The notes: generated from the letters alone by a model not told the origin. A DNA stretch of 64,000 nt from an uncultured bacterium (GCA_963707655.1 OY970172.1:320001-384000); one strand, 5' to 3'. Positions 9,976-21,072 are shown, counted from the first letter of the stretch. Made by a program: numbers and translations.

Positions 9976-10686
9976 ATGATGAAAAATAAATCATTACGAA
10001 ACCCCATTTTTGGCATATTGCTCATATTTACTTGCATGAATGCCATGGAAGAAGCGCCGGCTCGTAAAGAATCATCAACGAGTTATATTCAAACGGTTAC
10101 TCAATATCTCAAGCAGCTTTTTAACAATGGCTCTTACGATAAAGTGTCTGAATTAGTTGATAAAATGGCGATTATTAGTGTTTCCAATGCCGCTTCAAAT
10201 CTCATAAATCAATATTTTGGTAATACGTTTCATGGATACGCGCTTAGTGCGACGGCTAATGTATTTTTATTGACCCTTATTCGCATGTATGAGTGTTATC
10301 AAGAAGGGGATTGGTCCGAGCTGATGAATCTTAGCAAGGTGTTCCCTCGGTCGTATTGGTCTCAAAGTAAACTTTTAACCATTGCGGCCCAGCTGTGTAG
10401 TGCAGGAGCGTATGTAGGCATTTGTCCGACGTATGCATTGAATTTCGGGTTATTCATCAAAGCCCTGCAGTATGATAACGCATTAAAAGAATCAATTATC
10501 GCTAACTTGTATGGGGCTCTTGGGGCCGCTTCTTTTCAGATTTTTAACTCTTATATACACAAGCTGCCTCAGGAAATGCAGGCTGCAGTTGAAAATAAAA
10601 CATACGAGCAGGTTAAAGATTTTACGATTAATTTAAATCATCTTTTTAACATGACACCGATTAACACGGCACCAATACCACAATAA
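9976..10686 (+). CDS. Secreted hypothetical protein
   Basis: Signal peptide ending MNA-MEE; upstream TTGACA...TATGAT. Confidence 0.7.
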   Translation: MMKNKSLRNPIFGILLIFTCMNAMEEAPARKESSTSYIQTVTQYLKQLFNNGSYDKVSELVDKMAIISVSNAASNLINQYFGNTFHGYALSATANVFLLTLIRMYECYQEGDWSELMNLSKVFPRSYWSQSKLLTIAAQLCSAGAYVGICPTYALNFGLFIKALQYDNALKESIIANLYGALGAASFQIFNSYIHKLPQEMQAAVENKTYEQVKDFTINLNHLFNMTPINTAPIPQ

Positions 10687-10715
10687 TAGTCTCAAAAAGC
10701 GCTTGTATAATTTTA

Positions 10716-11903
10716 TTACATCAGTGACAAAAAGGTATACCGAGTCAATTCTTCTTTGCTGTTTCCATTATTATCAATACGTACTATTGGTTTTTTTGTG
10801 CGCCATGCATCAAATAATTCTTCGTATGTTTTAATGTTTTTAAAAACATTTTCCAATGCTATTTCTTGTACTTTTCCATATCCATGATGATACGATCGGG
10901 CTTCAATCAAAAGATTGTTTTTAATATCACTGACTATCATGACATGTCCGGGAATCCATAACAAATCACCGATCTGCAATGCAGTAAGTTGTGTAATTGG
11001 CTTTAAGGATTGCATGAGAGTACTGGTGTTTTTATAAAAATAGGGAATGCCGGCTATCTGTGCTGCGCGAGATACCAGGCCGGCACAATCAAAGCCACTT
11101 TTTGGTGAATCTTGGCAATCAGCAAGTGAAAAATAAGCTTTCGGCGTATTGATTTCTTTTTCTTCTATAACGGGTGAGTGTGAACAGGAAACAAAACTTG
11201 ATCCTCCCCATACATAGGGAATAAAGCAATCGGTAGAAACCCAACTGTGCAAAAGATGTATAAAATACTTTCTCTTCTCACCCGGTTCCATTGGCGGATT
11301 GATTAAGCATATATTTTTATCAATGAGTATCGTTTCCATGCATAAGGTTTGGGGATGTAGCACAAATACTTCTATCTGATTGTTGTGCATTGCCGCACTT
11401 TTTTTATTAATTACAAAGCGCGTTCCGGCAGAAAAAAACAAGTTCGTATGAGAATCGAACCAAGGGTTGGTTAACGTGACAATGTTTTTTTGCTGTGTGT
11501 GAGGAGATTTGAATGAAAGGGGAGCAGGTATTTTTGTTATATCAACCCCTCTTTTTTTTAGTTCTTTACAAGTGACAATGTTATTTTTGCGGGTCCAATA
11601 CACGGTCTGCTTTTTATGATTTGCAAGGTAAAAAAGCTGTGGAATGCTTATGCATACTTCATTTTCTCTCGTCTCCAGCACCGTTACTTTTTCATTGTAG
11701 AGTGATTGATGCAGTCGCGGGCAGCCATTATAGCTATTGTTCAATTGGCGACAGCACAAAGGAAAATCTTGATAAGAGGATAATTCATAAGAAGAAAGTG
11801 GCTGACCGATAAGATCGGCAACCGGCACGATAATAACTGCTTCTTCATGAATTGAGCATATCTTAAAAGAAAATAAAAAGAGCATGATTAAGATGTGACG
11901 CAT
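10716..11903 (-). CDS. NlpC/P60 peptidoglycan endopeptidase
   Basis: PYVWGG, GFDCAGLV, PGHVMI motifs; signal peptide. Confidence 0.88.
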   Translation of the reverse strand: MRHILIMLFLFSFKICSIHEEAVIIVPVADLIGQPLSSYELSSYQDFPLCCRQLNNSYNGCPRLHQSLYNEKVTVLETRENEVCISIPQLFYLANHKKQTVYWTRKNNIVTCKELKKRGVDITKIPAPLSFKSPHTQQKNIVTLTNPWFDSHTNLFFSAGTRFVINKKSAAMHNNQIEVFVLHPQTLCMETILIDKNICLINPPMEPGEKRKYFIHLLHSWVSTDCFIPYVWGGSSFVSCSHSPVIEEKEINTPKAYFSLADCQDSPKSGFDCAGLVSRAAQIAGIPYFYKNTSTLMQSLKPITQLTALQIGDLLWIPGHVMIVSDIKNNLLIEARSYHHGYGKVQEIALENVFKNIKTYEELFDAWRTKKPIVRIDNNGNSKEELTRYTFLSLM

Positions 11904-12119
11904 TTTATTCTCACTGTTATAAAATTATACCTTCTTGCTATCTTCTGACTTATGGTATCATTATTTTGCTGCTGCTGTGAATGAATCACACATTGTTGCG
12001 CAAATACTTTTGTCGCAAGCGGTTTTTTACAAATAGAATAATAATTTATTGAAAATTTATGTTATTCTATCTATTATGAAAGAGAAGAGAGAACATTGTA
12101 TGATGATAGAGAATGAGTT

Positions 12120-13142
12120 ATGAAGCACACATATTTTTTACCATTATTGTTACTTATTGCCCTGTTCAACGGCACAGCTGCCGTGGAATGGACATGGCTG
12201 CATCGCAAAATTTTTTCAGAACAAGAAATGGCCAATAATAAAGTAAAAAAAAATATTGTGTATACAAAAAGCGATCTTCCCAATTTTACTCAATTAATCT
12301 TTTCATGGAATGCGGCACGTTCTGCGCGAGGCTATTTAACTTTTTCCGCGCAAGTGCGCGATGCTCAAACAAAAAAATGGACCCCGTGGTATAAAATGAT
12401 GGAGTGGGGATCGGGCGTACAACGCTCATTTAAAAGCGATGTGTGTAAAGGAATTGGCTATATTCATGTGCGTTTGGAAACGGGAAAACGGCGTGCCGAT
12501 GCCTTTCGCATAAAAGTTGAACCAAGAGAAGGAGCTTCATTATCATCGGTCTATAATTGCTCCGTAGCTCTTTCTGATTTTACCTCTTTTGCCGCTGAAA
12601 ATCCCGCGCTTTATTATTTGCCGTCAGTTGCGGTGGAGGGAGTTCCTACGTTTTCACAGTTTCTCTTAGATCATCCGCGCAATGCAGCGCTGTGTTCGCC
12701 TACCTCTGCCGCTATGGTAGGCAGCTATTTATTACAACGAACGCTAGATCCGCTTGAATTTGCAGAAAGTTCTTACGATTATGGGCTTGAAGTATATGGT
12801 AGTTGGCCCTTTAATACGGCACATATGTTTGAAGTTTCACACGGATTAATAAAAAGCTGTGTCTGCAGGTTGCCATCTTTTAAGCATCTCTATAAACAAT
12901 TAAACAGGGGTTTTCCCGTGATAGTGAGTGTACGTGGGCCACTTCTTGGCTCGGCAACTCCGTATGCCAATGGTCACTTGTTAGTTGTTGTTGGATGGGA
13001 TTTGGACACGCGCGAAGTAATTTGCCATGATCCTGCATTTGATTCTTCATCAGCTGTTGTGAAACGATATCCATTGGCTCAATTTCTGCTTGCGTGGGAG
13101 CGTTCTCATCGTCTTGCTTACGTAGCAGAACTGAGTACATAA
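12120..13142 (+). CDS. Peptidase C39-like family protein, exported
   Basis: SQ...LCSPTSAAM, GHLLVVVGW, HDPA. Confidence 0.8.
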   Translation: MKHTYFLPLLLLIALFNGTAAVEWTWLHRKIFSEQEMANNKVKKNIVYTKSDLPNFTQLIFSWNAARSARGYLTFSAQVRDAQTKKWTPWYKMMEWGSGVQRSFKSDVCKGIGYIHVRLETGKRRADAFRIKVEPREGASLSSVYNCSVALSDFTSFAAENPALYYLPSVAVEGVPTFSQFLLDHPRNAALCSPTSAAMVGSYLLQRTLDPLEFAESSYDYGLEVYGSWPFNTAHMFEVSHGLIKSCVCRLPSFKHLYKQLNRGFPVIVSVRGPLLGSATPYANGHLLVVVGWDLDTREVICHDPAFDSSSAVVKRYPLAQFLLAWERSHRLAYVAELST

Positions 13143-13273
13143 CAGTGCGATTGTTTCTACCTGATACGTATATTTCTGTTTTTCATATCCCTGTGTGTTT
13201 TATTGACAATTTGATATTTTGAGTGATAGGATGAAATGCGTAAGGGTGGGATTAAAAAATGAAAGGGTATACC

Positions 13274-14425
13274 ATGAATCATTTGATCAAATCGCATATA
13301 TCAATATTAATAGCATTTTTATTATCTTCGCATATTGAAGCCGCTGAAAATCAGTTACAAAAAGTTTTTTGTCATAAAGGATCAGAAAAATTTGCGCTTG
13401 ATTTAGGAAAAATTGTTTTTTATTTTGCACATAAGCCCATTATTAAGCAGGTTTTACCTGAAAACAATAAAAATAAAAAGCAAACTCAAGTACTGTTTTC
13501 TATTGATCAGACAAAGATCACTTCTGCAGAATGTGAACAGATGGTAGAGGAATGCAATCGATCCAAAAACCCTTTGTATGCGATTAATATTAAGCAAGTG
13601 GTCAAGCCTGCCCCCAGCATTCAAATGACCATTAGTTACGATCCTGAATTAGTCAGCTTTGCGTATGAATCATTCGAAGCAATTACCAAGCAGCCGGGAC
13701 TTGTCTTTACTTTTTATAATAAAAAAAATATAGATAAGCTCAAAAATAAACCAAGTGCAGTTCTCACCACGGTATCAAATAATGCAGTTCCTACCATTGT
13801 CATTGATGCTGGCCATGGAGGTCACGATATCGGCGCAAGCGGTTTTTTTAATATACAGGAAAAAAATTTAACCAAAACAATGGGAGATTTGCTTGCGCAA
13901 TATTTGCAGACCAAAGGGTGGCACGTGGTATTAACGCGCAAGGCAGATGATTTTGTTGCGCTTGGCGAGCGTACAACATGCGCCAATAAAAGCGGCGCTG
14001 ATATGATGATCTCATTACATGCCAATTATTCAGTGAACGAGCAGGCATCAGGTATAGAAACTTTTTGCCTTGATTCATCACTTTTTACTTTTTTAGGTTC
14101 TTCAAATAAAAATGGTAATTCTTTTAGAAAAGTAACGTCTGATAACTCTATGAAATTAAGTAATCTCTTGGCGAGTTCAATCCATCGAAACGTCATAGAG
14201 TTGGCACATCAAAAAAGAGATTCAGTCGTTGATCGTAAAGTTAAGCATGCGGTATCCCAAATTCTCTTGGGCAGTGCTATTCCTACAGTGCTCATTGAGC
14301 TTGGCTTTATTTCAAACAAGCAAGATGCCTATTGGCTCGTTTCTCCTGCGTATCAACTAGCGTTGATAGAAGGAATATATGCAGGAATAAAAAATTACCT
14401 TGATCAGAAGCAGATGGTTCTTTGA
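13274..14425 (+). CDS. N-acetylmuramoyl-L-alanine amidase (Amidase_3)
   Basis: IDAGHGGHD, EK, ISLHAN, LIELGFISN. Confidence 0.92.
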   Translation: MNHLIKSHISILIAFLLSSHIEAAENQLQKVFCHKGSEKFALDLGKIVFYFAHKPIIKQVLPENNKNKKQTQVLFSIDQTKITSAECEQMVEECNRSKNPLYAINIKQVVKPAPSIQMTISYDPELVSFAYESFEAITKQPGLVFTFYNKKNIDKLKNKPSAVLTTVSNNAVPTIVIDAGHGGHDIGASGFFNIQEKNLTKTMGDLLAQYLQTKGWHVVLTRKADDFVALGERTTCANKSGADMMISLHANYSVNEQASGIETFCLDSSLFTFLGSSNKNGNSFRKVTSDNSMKLSNLLASSIHRNVIELAHQKRDSVVDRKVKHAVSQILLGSAIPTVLIELGFISNKQDAYWLVSPAYQLALIEGIYAGIKNYLDQKQMVL

Positions 14426-14563
14426 GAACTTGTGTTTGATCAAGATAATGTCTGGTAACATTAAAAAGTCAAAAATTACACCAAAACAAAATCTTTTACC
14501 TTACTGCAACAACAAAATTGCGCTCGCGTTATTGCGACGTACATTGTTATGATAGAGTGTTGA

Positions 14564-15319
14564 TTGTTAAACATTATTAACACTGTGGCCGGGCAAGCTC
14601 CCCTAAAAACATTTTTAGCTTTAGCCCAAAGGGATGCCTATGAACAGAATTACCAAAATACTCTTGCTTCTAGCATTGATGAGTGGCTTACACGGCGCCG
14701 AAGACAGCCGAGGAAAAGCATTAGCGTTATGGAGTCCCGACAGCAAAAAATTAGTATTGACTCAATCGAAAAATGTAAAGTTCTAGATTGTGTAAATTAT
14801 AGACCGTTATATGAATTGTCTTGTCCCCATGCGACGCTGGGTACTGATGGAATCTTTCCGGATCCGATCTGGTGCAATAAAGGAGACCATATTTTTGAGC
14901 ACTCATTATCGACTGATTGGGGTGTGCCAGAGCACGGTTTTATTGCTTATGATGCTGAAAGCGGCATTCGTTTAGCTATTTTGCATTCTCATATGCCTAA
15001 TGAAGAGCAAAAGATTGCATGGCAAGAGCAAGAAGCCAGCTCTATTATGCGTGAAGAAATAAGCCAGCTGCGATTGATAACAACTATCCCGCAGGCTTTA
15101 GTGCTGAAATATGTTCAAAGGCACCATGCTTTGCCCTTGTATGAAGATCATGCGCAACGGGATTGTTTAGATGAAATTTGGTCGAGTATTCCGGAAGAAT
15201 TGGCAAAGCCCCTTGCCCTTGCGCCAAGCGGATTTATAAATGCTGCCAAAACTATGCTGGCGTTGCTATGGGGCCCGGTAAGTATACTTTCTGGCAAATA
15301 TAGTCTCCGTAAAGAGTGA
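14564..15319 (+). CDS. Hypothetical protein, possibly 5'-truncated
   Basis: 251-aa ORF with TTG start directly after an in-frame stop; no clear RBS. Confidence 0.45.
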   Translation: MLNIINTVAGQAPLKTFLALAQRDAYEQNYQNTLASSIDEWLTRRRRQPRKSISVMESRQQKISIDSIEKCKVLDCVNYRPLYELSCPHATLGTDGIFPDPIWCNKGDHIFEHSLSTDWGVPEHGFIAYDAESGIRLAILHSHMPNEEQKIAWQEQEASSIMREEISQLRLITTIPQALVLKYVQRHHALPLYEDHAQRDCLDEIWSSIPEELAKPLALAPSGFINAAKTMLALLWGPVSILSGKYSLRKE

Positions 15320-15337
15320 ATTGAGAAATTCTTTTGA

Positions 15338-15346
15338 TGGGGATAA
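15338..15346 (-). promoter_or_regulatory. Possible DnaA box upstream of dnaA
   Basis: tggggataa is 1 mismatch from TGTGGATAA. Confidence 0.35.
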
Positions 15347-15420
15347 ACTTCTTTCAAAAAATCACTCGTTATGTTACCGTAGATTACTTATGTTTATAAT
15401 AATTTTAGCAGACGCGATGC

Positions 15421-16803
15421 ATGAAGATTAATACAATTTGGGAAGAATTTTTAACGATCATCAAAGAAGAAGCGGGAAGCCGTGTTGTTGACACATGGTT
15501 CAAAGCGGTAACTCTTTGTCGCTGGGATGTAACAACGCAGACCGCGTCTTTGGAAGTTCCCAATCAATTTGCACTTGATTGGATTAAAAATAATTATTCT
15601 GTGCTTATTCAAACCCATTTGAGTCGCTTATTGCATGTTGATAAACTCAAGTTGCTCTTTTTTTTGCATGGAAACGAAAAAGAGCAGATACAACCGCAAC
15701 TATCTACTCAGGCAGTGGTTGTTAAAAAAGAAGTTGCTCCTCCGGTAGAAAATCAGATAATTCTTGCCAAGCCACGGGGCACGCTCAATGTGAGTCAGAC
15801 TTTTAGCAGTTTTGTTGTTGGTCCCAGTAATTCTTTGGCGTATGCCGCAGCTCAAGCCGTTGCAGAAAAACCGGGCAATTTATATAACCCACTGTTTTTT
15901 TATGGCGGTTCGGGATTGGGCAAAACTCATTTACTGCATGCGATTGGCAATGAGATTAAGCGGCTATACCCCAAGGCTATTGTTTTGTATCAGACAGCAG
16001 ATCGTTTTGTGAATGAATTTATTCATGCCATTCGTTTTGACAAGATACATAAATTTCAGGAAAAATATAAAGCCGTTGATGTCTTGTTGGTTGATGACAT
16101 TCAGTTCATCTCTAATAAAGAACAGACGCAAGAAGCTTTTTTCCATATTTTCAATACGTTATATGATTTGCGCAAACAGATTATCTTTTCAAGCGACGTG
16201 GTACCTCAAGACATTAAGGGGTTAGCAGAGCGGTTGCGTTCTCGCCTTGCGTGGGGACTTGTTGCCGACATTCGTTCTCCGGCATTGGAAACGAAGATTG
16301 CTATCTTAAAAAAGAAAGCGGAATTGAGTAATGAACATCTTCCCGATGATGTTGCACATTTTATTGGGTCACGCGTTGTTTCTAATATTCGTGAATTAGA
16401 GGGGGCATTAATTCGGGTGATGGCCTTTGCTTCTTTAACGAGCCAAAAAATGAGTTTAGCATTAGCGGAAAAAGTGCTGGAAAAAAATGTTGAAACGCGC
16501 TCGGAACCAATTGGTTTTGATGGCATTGTTAAGTGTCTGAGCAACTATTATCCATATAAATTAGAGCAACTGCGTTCAAAAGATCGCAGTAAAGATCTCG
16601 CGTGTGTACGACAAATTGCCATGTTTCTTATGAAAAAAATGACTGACAAATCATTGCGTGACATCGGTGTTTTTTTAGGCGGTCGCGATCATTCTACGGT
16701 TGTGCATGCACTAACAAAAGTACAAGAGCAATGTGAGAGCGACACGGTGTTTAAAGGACATCTTCAGCAGCTTGAAGATGATATTTTACGCGTTCGGCGC
16801 TAA
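15421..16803 (+). CDS. dnaA: Chromosomal replication initiator DnaA
   Basis: YNPLFFYGGSGLGKTHLLHAIG, DDIQF, NIRELEGAL, GGRDHSTVVHA. Confidence 0.98.
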   Translation: MKINTIWEEFLTIIKEEAGSRVVDTWFKAVTLCRWDVTTQTASLEVPNQFALDWIKNNYSVLIQTHLSRLLHVDKLKLLFFLHGNEKEQIQPQLSTQAVVVKKEVAPPVENQIILAKPRGTLNVSQTFSSFVVGPSNSLAYAAAQAVAEKPGNLYNPLFFYGGSGLGKTHLLHAIGNEIKRLYPKAIVLYQTADRFVNEFIHAIRFDKIHKFQEKYKAVDVLLVDDIQFISNKEQTQEAFFHIFNTLYDLRKQIIFSSDVVPQDIKGLAERLRSRLAWGLVADIRSPALETKIAILKKKAELSNEHLPDDVAHFIGSRVVSNIRELEGALIRVMAFASLTSQKMSLALAEKVLEKNVETRSEPIGFDGIVKCLSNYYPYKLEQLRSKDRSKDLACVRQIAMFLMKKMTDKSLRDIGVFLGGRDHSTVVHALTKVQEQCESDTVFKGHLQQLEDDILRVRR

Positions 16804-17862
16804 TTCATCTTCATACCTTAAATGGTAGGCGTTGTGAGATTTTTGTGCCATACGACGCTGTCTTTTGGTTTGAAACATTGAATCGAATATAAATTTATTT
16901 GCCAGGTAAGAGTAAAAATCTACATAGCTACTAAACTTTTTTCTTTCTTTGATTCCCACCATCGAGGGAAAATGCTCTGTGTCAATAATAGTCAGCGCAC
17001 CGGTTCTTTGTTCTATTCTAAAATTACTTATGTTCGCATCAATGATCATGTTTGAGTCATGACTCAATTGCAGAGCTATTTTTCTATCTTCTTTATTGTA
17101 TAAAGAGAATACTCGTTCAGGTTTAATTTCATCGGCAATTATCGCGTATATACCCGGTATTTCTATATACTGATGTTCTTTATTGCCTATGTTGATGCCC
17201 TCAAGCGCGATCCATTGCGAAGATGAGGGAATAAAAAACCATTTTCGGGGTAATTTTACTTTTCCTCGCCATTGGGGAGAGTCTTTTATTGTTTGTTCTA
17301 TTAATTCACGATTTCGCAATCGCGTAAATCCGGTTAAATGGCGATTGACTCCGCCTCCCATAAAGAAAAAAAAGCAGGGTTCCAATCCTTTGTTCAAAGG
17401 GAGCGTTAAGCTTTTGGGATTTTCGAAAAAAAGTTTAAGTATCAGTGGATAATTTTTAAATTTTAATACGAGCATGCCGCAATGCTCTTTTTCATTAAAA
17501 TCACGATTTTTGACGATATCAAAGTTTGTGTACCATCTTTTATTTTCTATAATTTCAAGAATAAGGTCGTTGATAAGTTTTTTGATATGCGTACCTTCAA
17601 GAGTGCTTTTTTGCTGATTTTTCAAGATAGGAATATGATCAGGCAAAGCATATTTTTCGAAATATTGTTTATTGAAAGTTTTGAAATACGCGTATTCTTC
17701 AAGACAATTGTTGCGCAAAAGATATTTCTTTTGCGGGTCATCTTTCCAATAGAAGGTTATTTGAGGCATGAGTGGATCTATTGGACGATGAATGCTGCGC
17801 GCTTGACAGGATAGTGCGCAGATGATTAAAAATAGGAAAAAAATAATACTGTTGTGCTTCAT
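16786..17862 (-). CDS. Exported hypothetical protein
   Basis: 358-aa ORF with signal peptide; DANISN...IIDTE is weakly kinase-like. Confidence 0.7.
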   Translation of the reverse strand: MKHNSIIFFLFLIICALSCQARSIHRPIDPLMPQITFYWKDDPQKKYLLRNNCLEEYAYFKTFNKQYFEKYALPDHIPILKNQQKSTLEGTHIKKLINDLILEIIENKRWYTNFDIVKNRDFNEKEHCGMLVLKFKNYPLILKLFFENPKSLTLPLNKGLEPCFFFFMGGGVNRHLTGFTRLRNRELIEQTIKDSPQWRGKVKLPRKWFFIPSSSQWIALEGINIGNKEHQYIEIPGIYAIIADEIKPERVFSLYNKEDRKIALQLSHDSNMIIDANISNFRIEQRTGALTIIDTEHFPSMVGIKERKKFSSYVDFYSYLANKFIFDSMFQTKRQRRMAQKSHNAYHLRYEDELAPNA

Positions 17863-18100
17863 ACTTAATCTCGTATTAAAATTTTTTTATTTATTCTACA
17901 AACATGGATTGGCGCGGTCAAATGTTTGTGCTTTCTTTGTAAGAATTCATAGGTAATTGAGCTGAAAATAGATTAAAGCCTGCCTCGATTTCCATTTTTT
18001 TTAAAGCTGTTGATGTTAACTGATAAGTGCGCTATGGTTTTAAATAAGAAGCATTTTTTTAAGTAATGAAAGCAAACACACTAGTATAAGAAAGGATAGT

Positions 18101-18634
18101 ATGAACAGAGAGGAAATGCTCCATAAACAATATGGAATGCTTAAGCAATTAAGCTCGTTGCCGCGCAAGATGGTATCTTTGCACGGGGCTGATAAAATTG
18201 CCGATTTAGTATTGCATGAATTGTGCCAACCCGATTGCTTTAATTTAGTTAAAGCCGCCTATTTTGTAGATAACCCGGATTTCAATTGCTTTAAAGGAGT
18301 AAGTGGTCTTTTGCGCTCAGAGCTCAAAGATGATCATGTAATATCTTGGGATGATCCGGCATTATTTTTATCATATACGTTTGATTTGCCTTTTAATAAA
18401 CAAGTAAGACAGGTAACCAAGCCAAGCTACAAAAAACAGCAGTGTCGTGATCAGGAAATGGCAGAAGAGATTGCCTCTGACCTGGGGTTTAATGATCATG
18501 CCTTTTGTTCATGGAATATGAAACATGACAATCACGGTCTGTTTATTTATGAAAAAGCCAATTTAGCCGACTACCCAATAGAAGAACATTTAGCAGATGC
18601 GCTTTCTTTGCTCAGCTTCTGCCCTATATCTTAA
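18101..18634 (+). CDS. Hypothetical protein (possibly GAF-like)
   Basis: RBS aagga, 177-aa ORF. Confidence 0.7.
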   Translation: MNREEMLHKQYGMLKQLSSLPRKMVSLHGADKIADLVLHELCQPDCFNLVKAAYFVDNPDFNCFKGVSGLLRSELKDDHVISWDDPALFLSYTFDLPFNKQVRQVTKPSYKKQQCRDQEMAEEIASDLGFNDHAFCSWNMKHDNHGLFIYEKANLADYPIEEHLADALSLLSFCPIS

Positions 18635-18638
18635 AATA

Positions 18639-19871
18639 TTACTCTCCTTTTAAAACTGATGAGATGAGTAATTTTTTACTTCTTTGTACAGAAAAAAAAC
18701 TGGCACAAATGCTTATGGTAATAACCACCATGAATACTAATAAGAAGGTTTTGTATTCTATGCAAATAGGCAAATGGGATACATAATAGGTGTCAGGCAG
18801 GCTGATAAAGGGATATCTTTTTAGCAAAAGACAGATAGCATAGGCGATCAATTCTCCGCTGATCGCGGCGCAACCGCTTATCCCAATACCGATTGTCATA
18901 AAGAGAGCATTAATACTTTTTTGAGATGCTCCACACGCTTTTAAAATGGCAATATCTTTTTGTTTTTGGGTAACGTACATAAAAAGTAATGAAATAATAT
19001 TCATGCTCGCAACGATAATAATAAGCATTAACACAAAAAACATCGCATATTTTTCTAACTTAAGGGCGGATACCAACGCGGGATACAGATCTTTCCATGA
19101 ATGAGTATCAAGATGAAAGCGCTGCTTGAGTTTAGTTATCGTGGTACGGTCATCTGCGCCGGGGGTAAGATTGATATTAATTTCGCTTATGCCTTGATTA
19201 AAAATCGTTTTTAAGCAATCAAGCGAGCAGTAGAGTAACCCCGTATCAAATTCATCTATTCCCGTGTCAAAAAGTGCCGAAACGGTAACGGTGACTTTAT
19301 CAAAAGTCATATCTTCCCCATATTCTTCCGTTGCGCTGCTCCAAATTGTCATTGAATCACCAACGGTAAGATGTAACATTTCAGCCAATTTTTTTCCTAT
19401 GATGAATTGATTATTGGCAAGCAATATCGAAAGGTCATCGCCAGATGCGGGAGGAATAATTTTTTGAGCGATAGTCTTTACCCGCATTTCATGAACAGGG
19501 TGAATTCCTTTAAGCACAACAATACTATTGGTGTCATGCGCGTCGGATGTGTGAATGAGGGCGTGTTTAAAGCCGGTGGGTCCACAGGCCTCTATTTCAG
19601 GAAATTCTGAATCTAAAATTTCTTTAATACGATCAAATTTAAGATTGCCCTGTGCGGTGCGCATAATAATTTGTGAATGAATGCCGCGTAGTTTTTCGTG
19701 TGTCGCTTGTTCAAAGCCATTCATAACGCATGATACGAGAGTAAGCGCCCCTGATCCGATTAAAATTGCACAAAAACAGATTATAGCCATAACGGAGAGC
19801 GATTGCTCTTTGTTTCCTTTGATATATCGCCATGCCAGAAGGGTAACAAGGGTACGTGTAGTTGTTATCAT
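18639..19871 (-). CDS. LolC/E-type lipoprotein-release ABC permease
   Basis: VMNGFE, FDTGIDEFD, LEKYAMF, KDIAILKACGAS. Confidence 0.9.
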   Translation of the reverse strand: MITTTRTLVTLLAWRYIKGNKEQSLSVMAIICFCAILIGSGALTLVSCVMNGFEQATHEKLRGIHSQIIMRTAQGNLKFDRIKEILDSEFPEIEACGPTGFKHALIHTSDAHDTNSIVVLKGIHPVHEMRVKTIAQKIIPPASGDDLSILLANNQFIIGKKLAEMLHLTVGDSMTIWSSATEEYGEDMTFDKVTVTVSALFDTGIDEFDTGLLYCSLDCLKTIFNQGISEININLTPGADDRTTITKLKQRFHLDTHSWKDLYPALVSALKLEKYAMFFVLMLIIIVASMNIISLLFMYVTQKQKDIAILKACGASQKSINALFMTIGIGISGCAAISGELIAYAICLLLKRYPFISLPDTYYVSHLPICIEYKTFLLVFMVVITISICASFFSVQRSKKLLISSVLKGE

Positions 19872-20103
19872 GCGTGTAGTTCTTTTTTCCTTGTAAATTA
19901 GAACAGTTTTTTTTAGGCTACTACTAGTATCATCTATTTTAATAAAAAGAGGCGCACTTATGAAGCAAGCTGTAGAGTTTGCGGTGCTCTTTTTATCATG
20001 TTGATAGTGCCCGGTTGTGGTGGTACGGTAACCGTGCATTGCCGAATATTCGTGATGGGTATGTTGATAAAAAAGTATATGTGCCAATTATCTGGGGGTA
20101 ATT

Positions 20104-20550
20104 ATGAAAATCGCCTTAGGAACGGATCACCGCGGTTTTGAACAAAAAGAATTTGTTAAAAGTAGATTGTCTGTATCATCGGTAGAATGCATTGATCTTG
20201 GCTGTTTTTCTGATCAGCCATCAGATTATCCGTTGTTTGCCAAAGAAGTCTGCGCTGCGATTCAGAAAGGATATGCGCAGTATGGCATACTCTGGTGCGG
20301 TACTGGCATTGGTATGTCTATAGCTGCCAATAGATTTGCAGGGATTTATGCGGCGCTTGTCTGGAATGAAGAGATGGCGAAGTTAAGCAAAAGTGATGAT
20401 AATGCCAATGTGCTGGTATTTCCAGCCGATTTTATTTCAACAGAGCGGGTAATGGCTTGCATAGAATCATGGTTGGGAACAACGTTTAAAGGCGATCGTT
20501 ATGAGCGTCGCTTGCACATTATTGATTCATGGAGCGGTGTAAAGGGATGA
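20104..20550 (+). CDS. rpiB: Ribose-5-phosphate isomerase B
   Basis: GTDHRG, SDYP, CGTGIGMSIAANR, DNANVL. Confidence 0.95.
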   Translation: MKIALGTDHRGFEQKEFVKSRLSVSSVECIDLGCFSDQPSDYPLFAKEVCAAIQKGYAQYGILWCGTGIGMSIAANRFAGIYAALVWNEEMAKLSKSDDNANVLVFPADFISTERVMACIESWLGTTFKGDRYERRLHIIDSWSGVKG

Positions 20551-20551
20551 A

Positions 20552-20589
20552 AAAAGAGAGAGGCGCATTTAAATGCGCCTCTCTCTTTT
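20552..20589. terminator. Bidirectional intrinsic terminator
   Basis: Perfect palindrome aaaagagagaggcgcattt/aaatgcgcctctctctttt between convergent genes. Confidence 0.85.
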
Positions 20590-20609
20590 AGCTGTTTAGG
20601 CTATATTTA

Positions 20610-21044
20610 TTACTGTTGCTTTAGTTGCATTTCTAAAAGTGTCGGCAGCACTTTTTCTTGAAAATATTCTGATACGTCATTTCGTGATAATGTTTTTGGT
20701 AAAAATTCTTCGAGGTATTCAAGGAGTTCAAGTATTTGTTCTTCTGTTAGTTTGAGGTCTCGTAGTGTTAGGGAATAGATCTCTAGCAGGATTTGGAGTA
20801 GTTTTTGTTCTTTTTCTTTGCCTTGAGGTTGTTTTTGTAATACTTCTATCAGTTCGCCTGTTATTCTTTTGTGTTCTTGTGGTAAATGTGAGCTTGCTTC
20901 TTCCAGCCATGTTGCTGTCGCGATGATGAGTACCATGTCTTCGTCATAACGCCTTTGCCACTCTTCTTGGCATGAGTCATTGTTAGATTTCACAGACGCT
21001 GTGCCTGAGATGAGCAGTAAAAGAGCTAATATTGTTTTATTCAT
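20610..21044 (-). CDS. Secreted helical hypothetical protein
   Basis: RBS ggagg, signal peptide, E/Q/L-rich. Confidence 0.7.
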   Translation of the reverse strand: MNKTILALLLLISGTASVKSNNDSCQEEWQRRYDEDMVLIIATATWLEEASSHLPQEHKRITGELIEVLQKQPQGKEKEQKLLQILLEIYSLTLRDLKLTEEQILELLEYLEEFLPKTLSRNDVSEYFQEKVLPTLLEMQLKQQ

Positions 21045-21072
21045 AAGAAAACCTCCATTTCTTCAGTTATAC

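Noticed and set aside
14426..18100. oriC adjacent to dnaA
   Set aside because: Only one imperfect DnaA box seen; flanks are short or coding
19872..20087. Long N-terminal extensions in the ORF track (Lol permease; likewise murD 34720-34815 and the WH2 protein 54634-54747)
   Set aside because: Downstream ATGs match the family start or signal peptide; the extensions run through promoter or intergenic DNA
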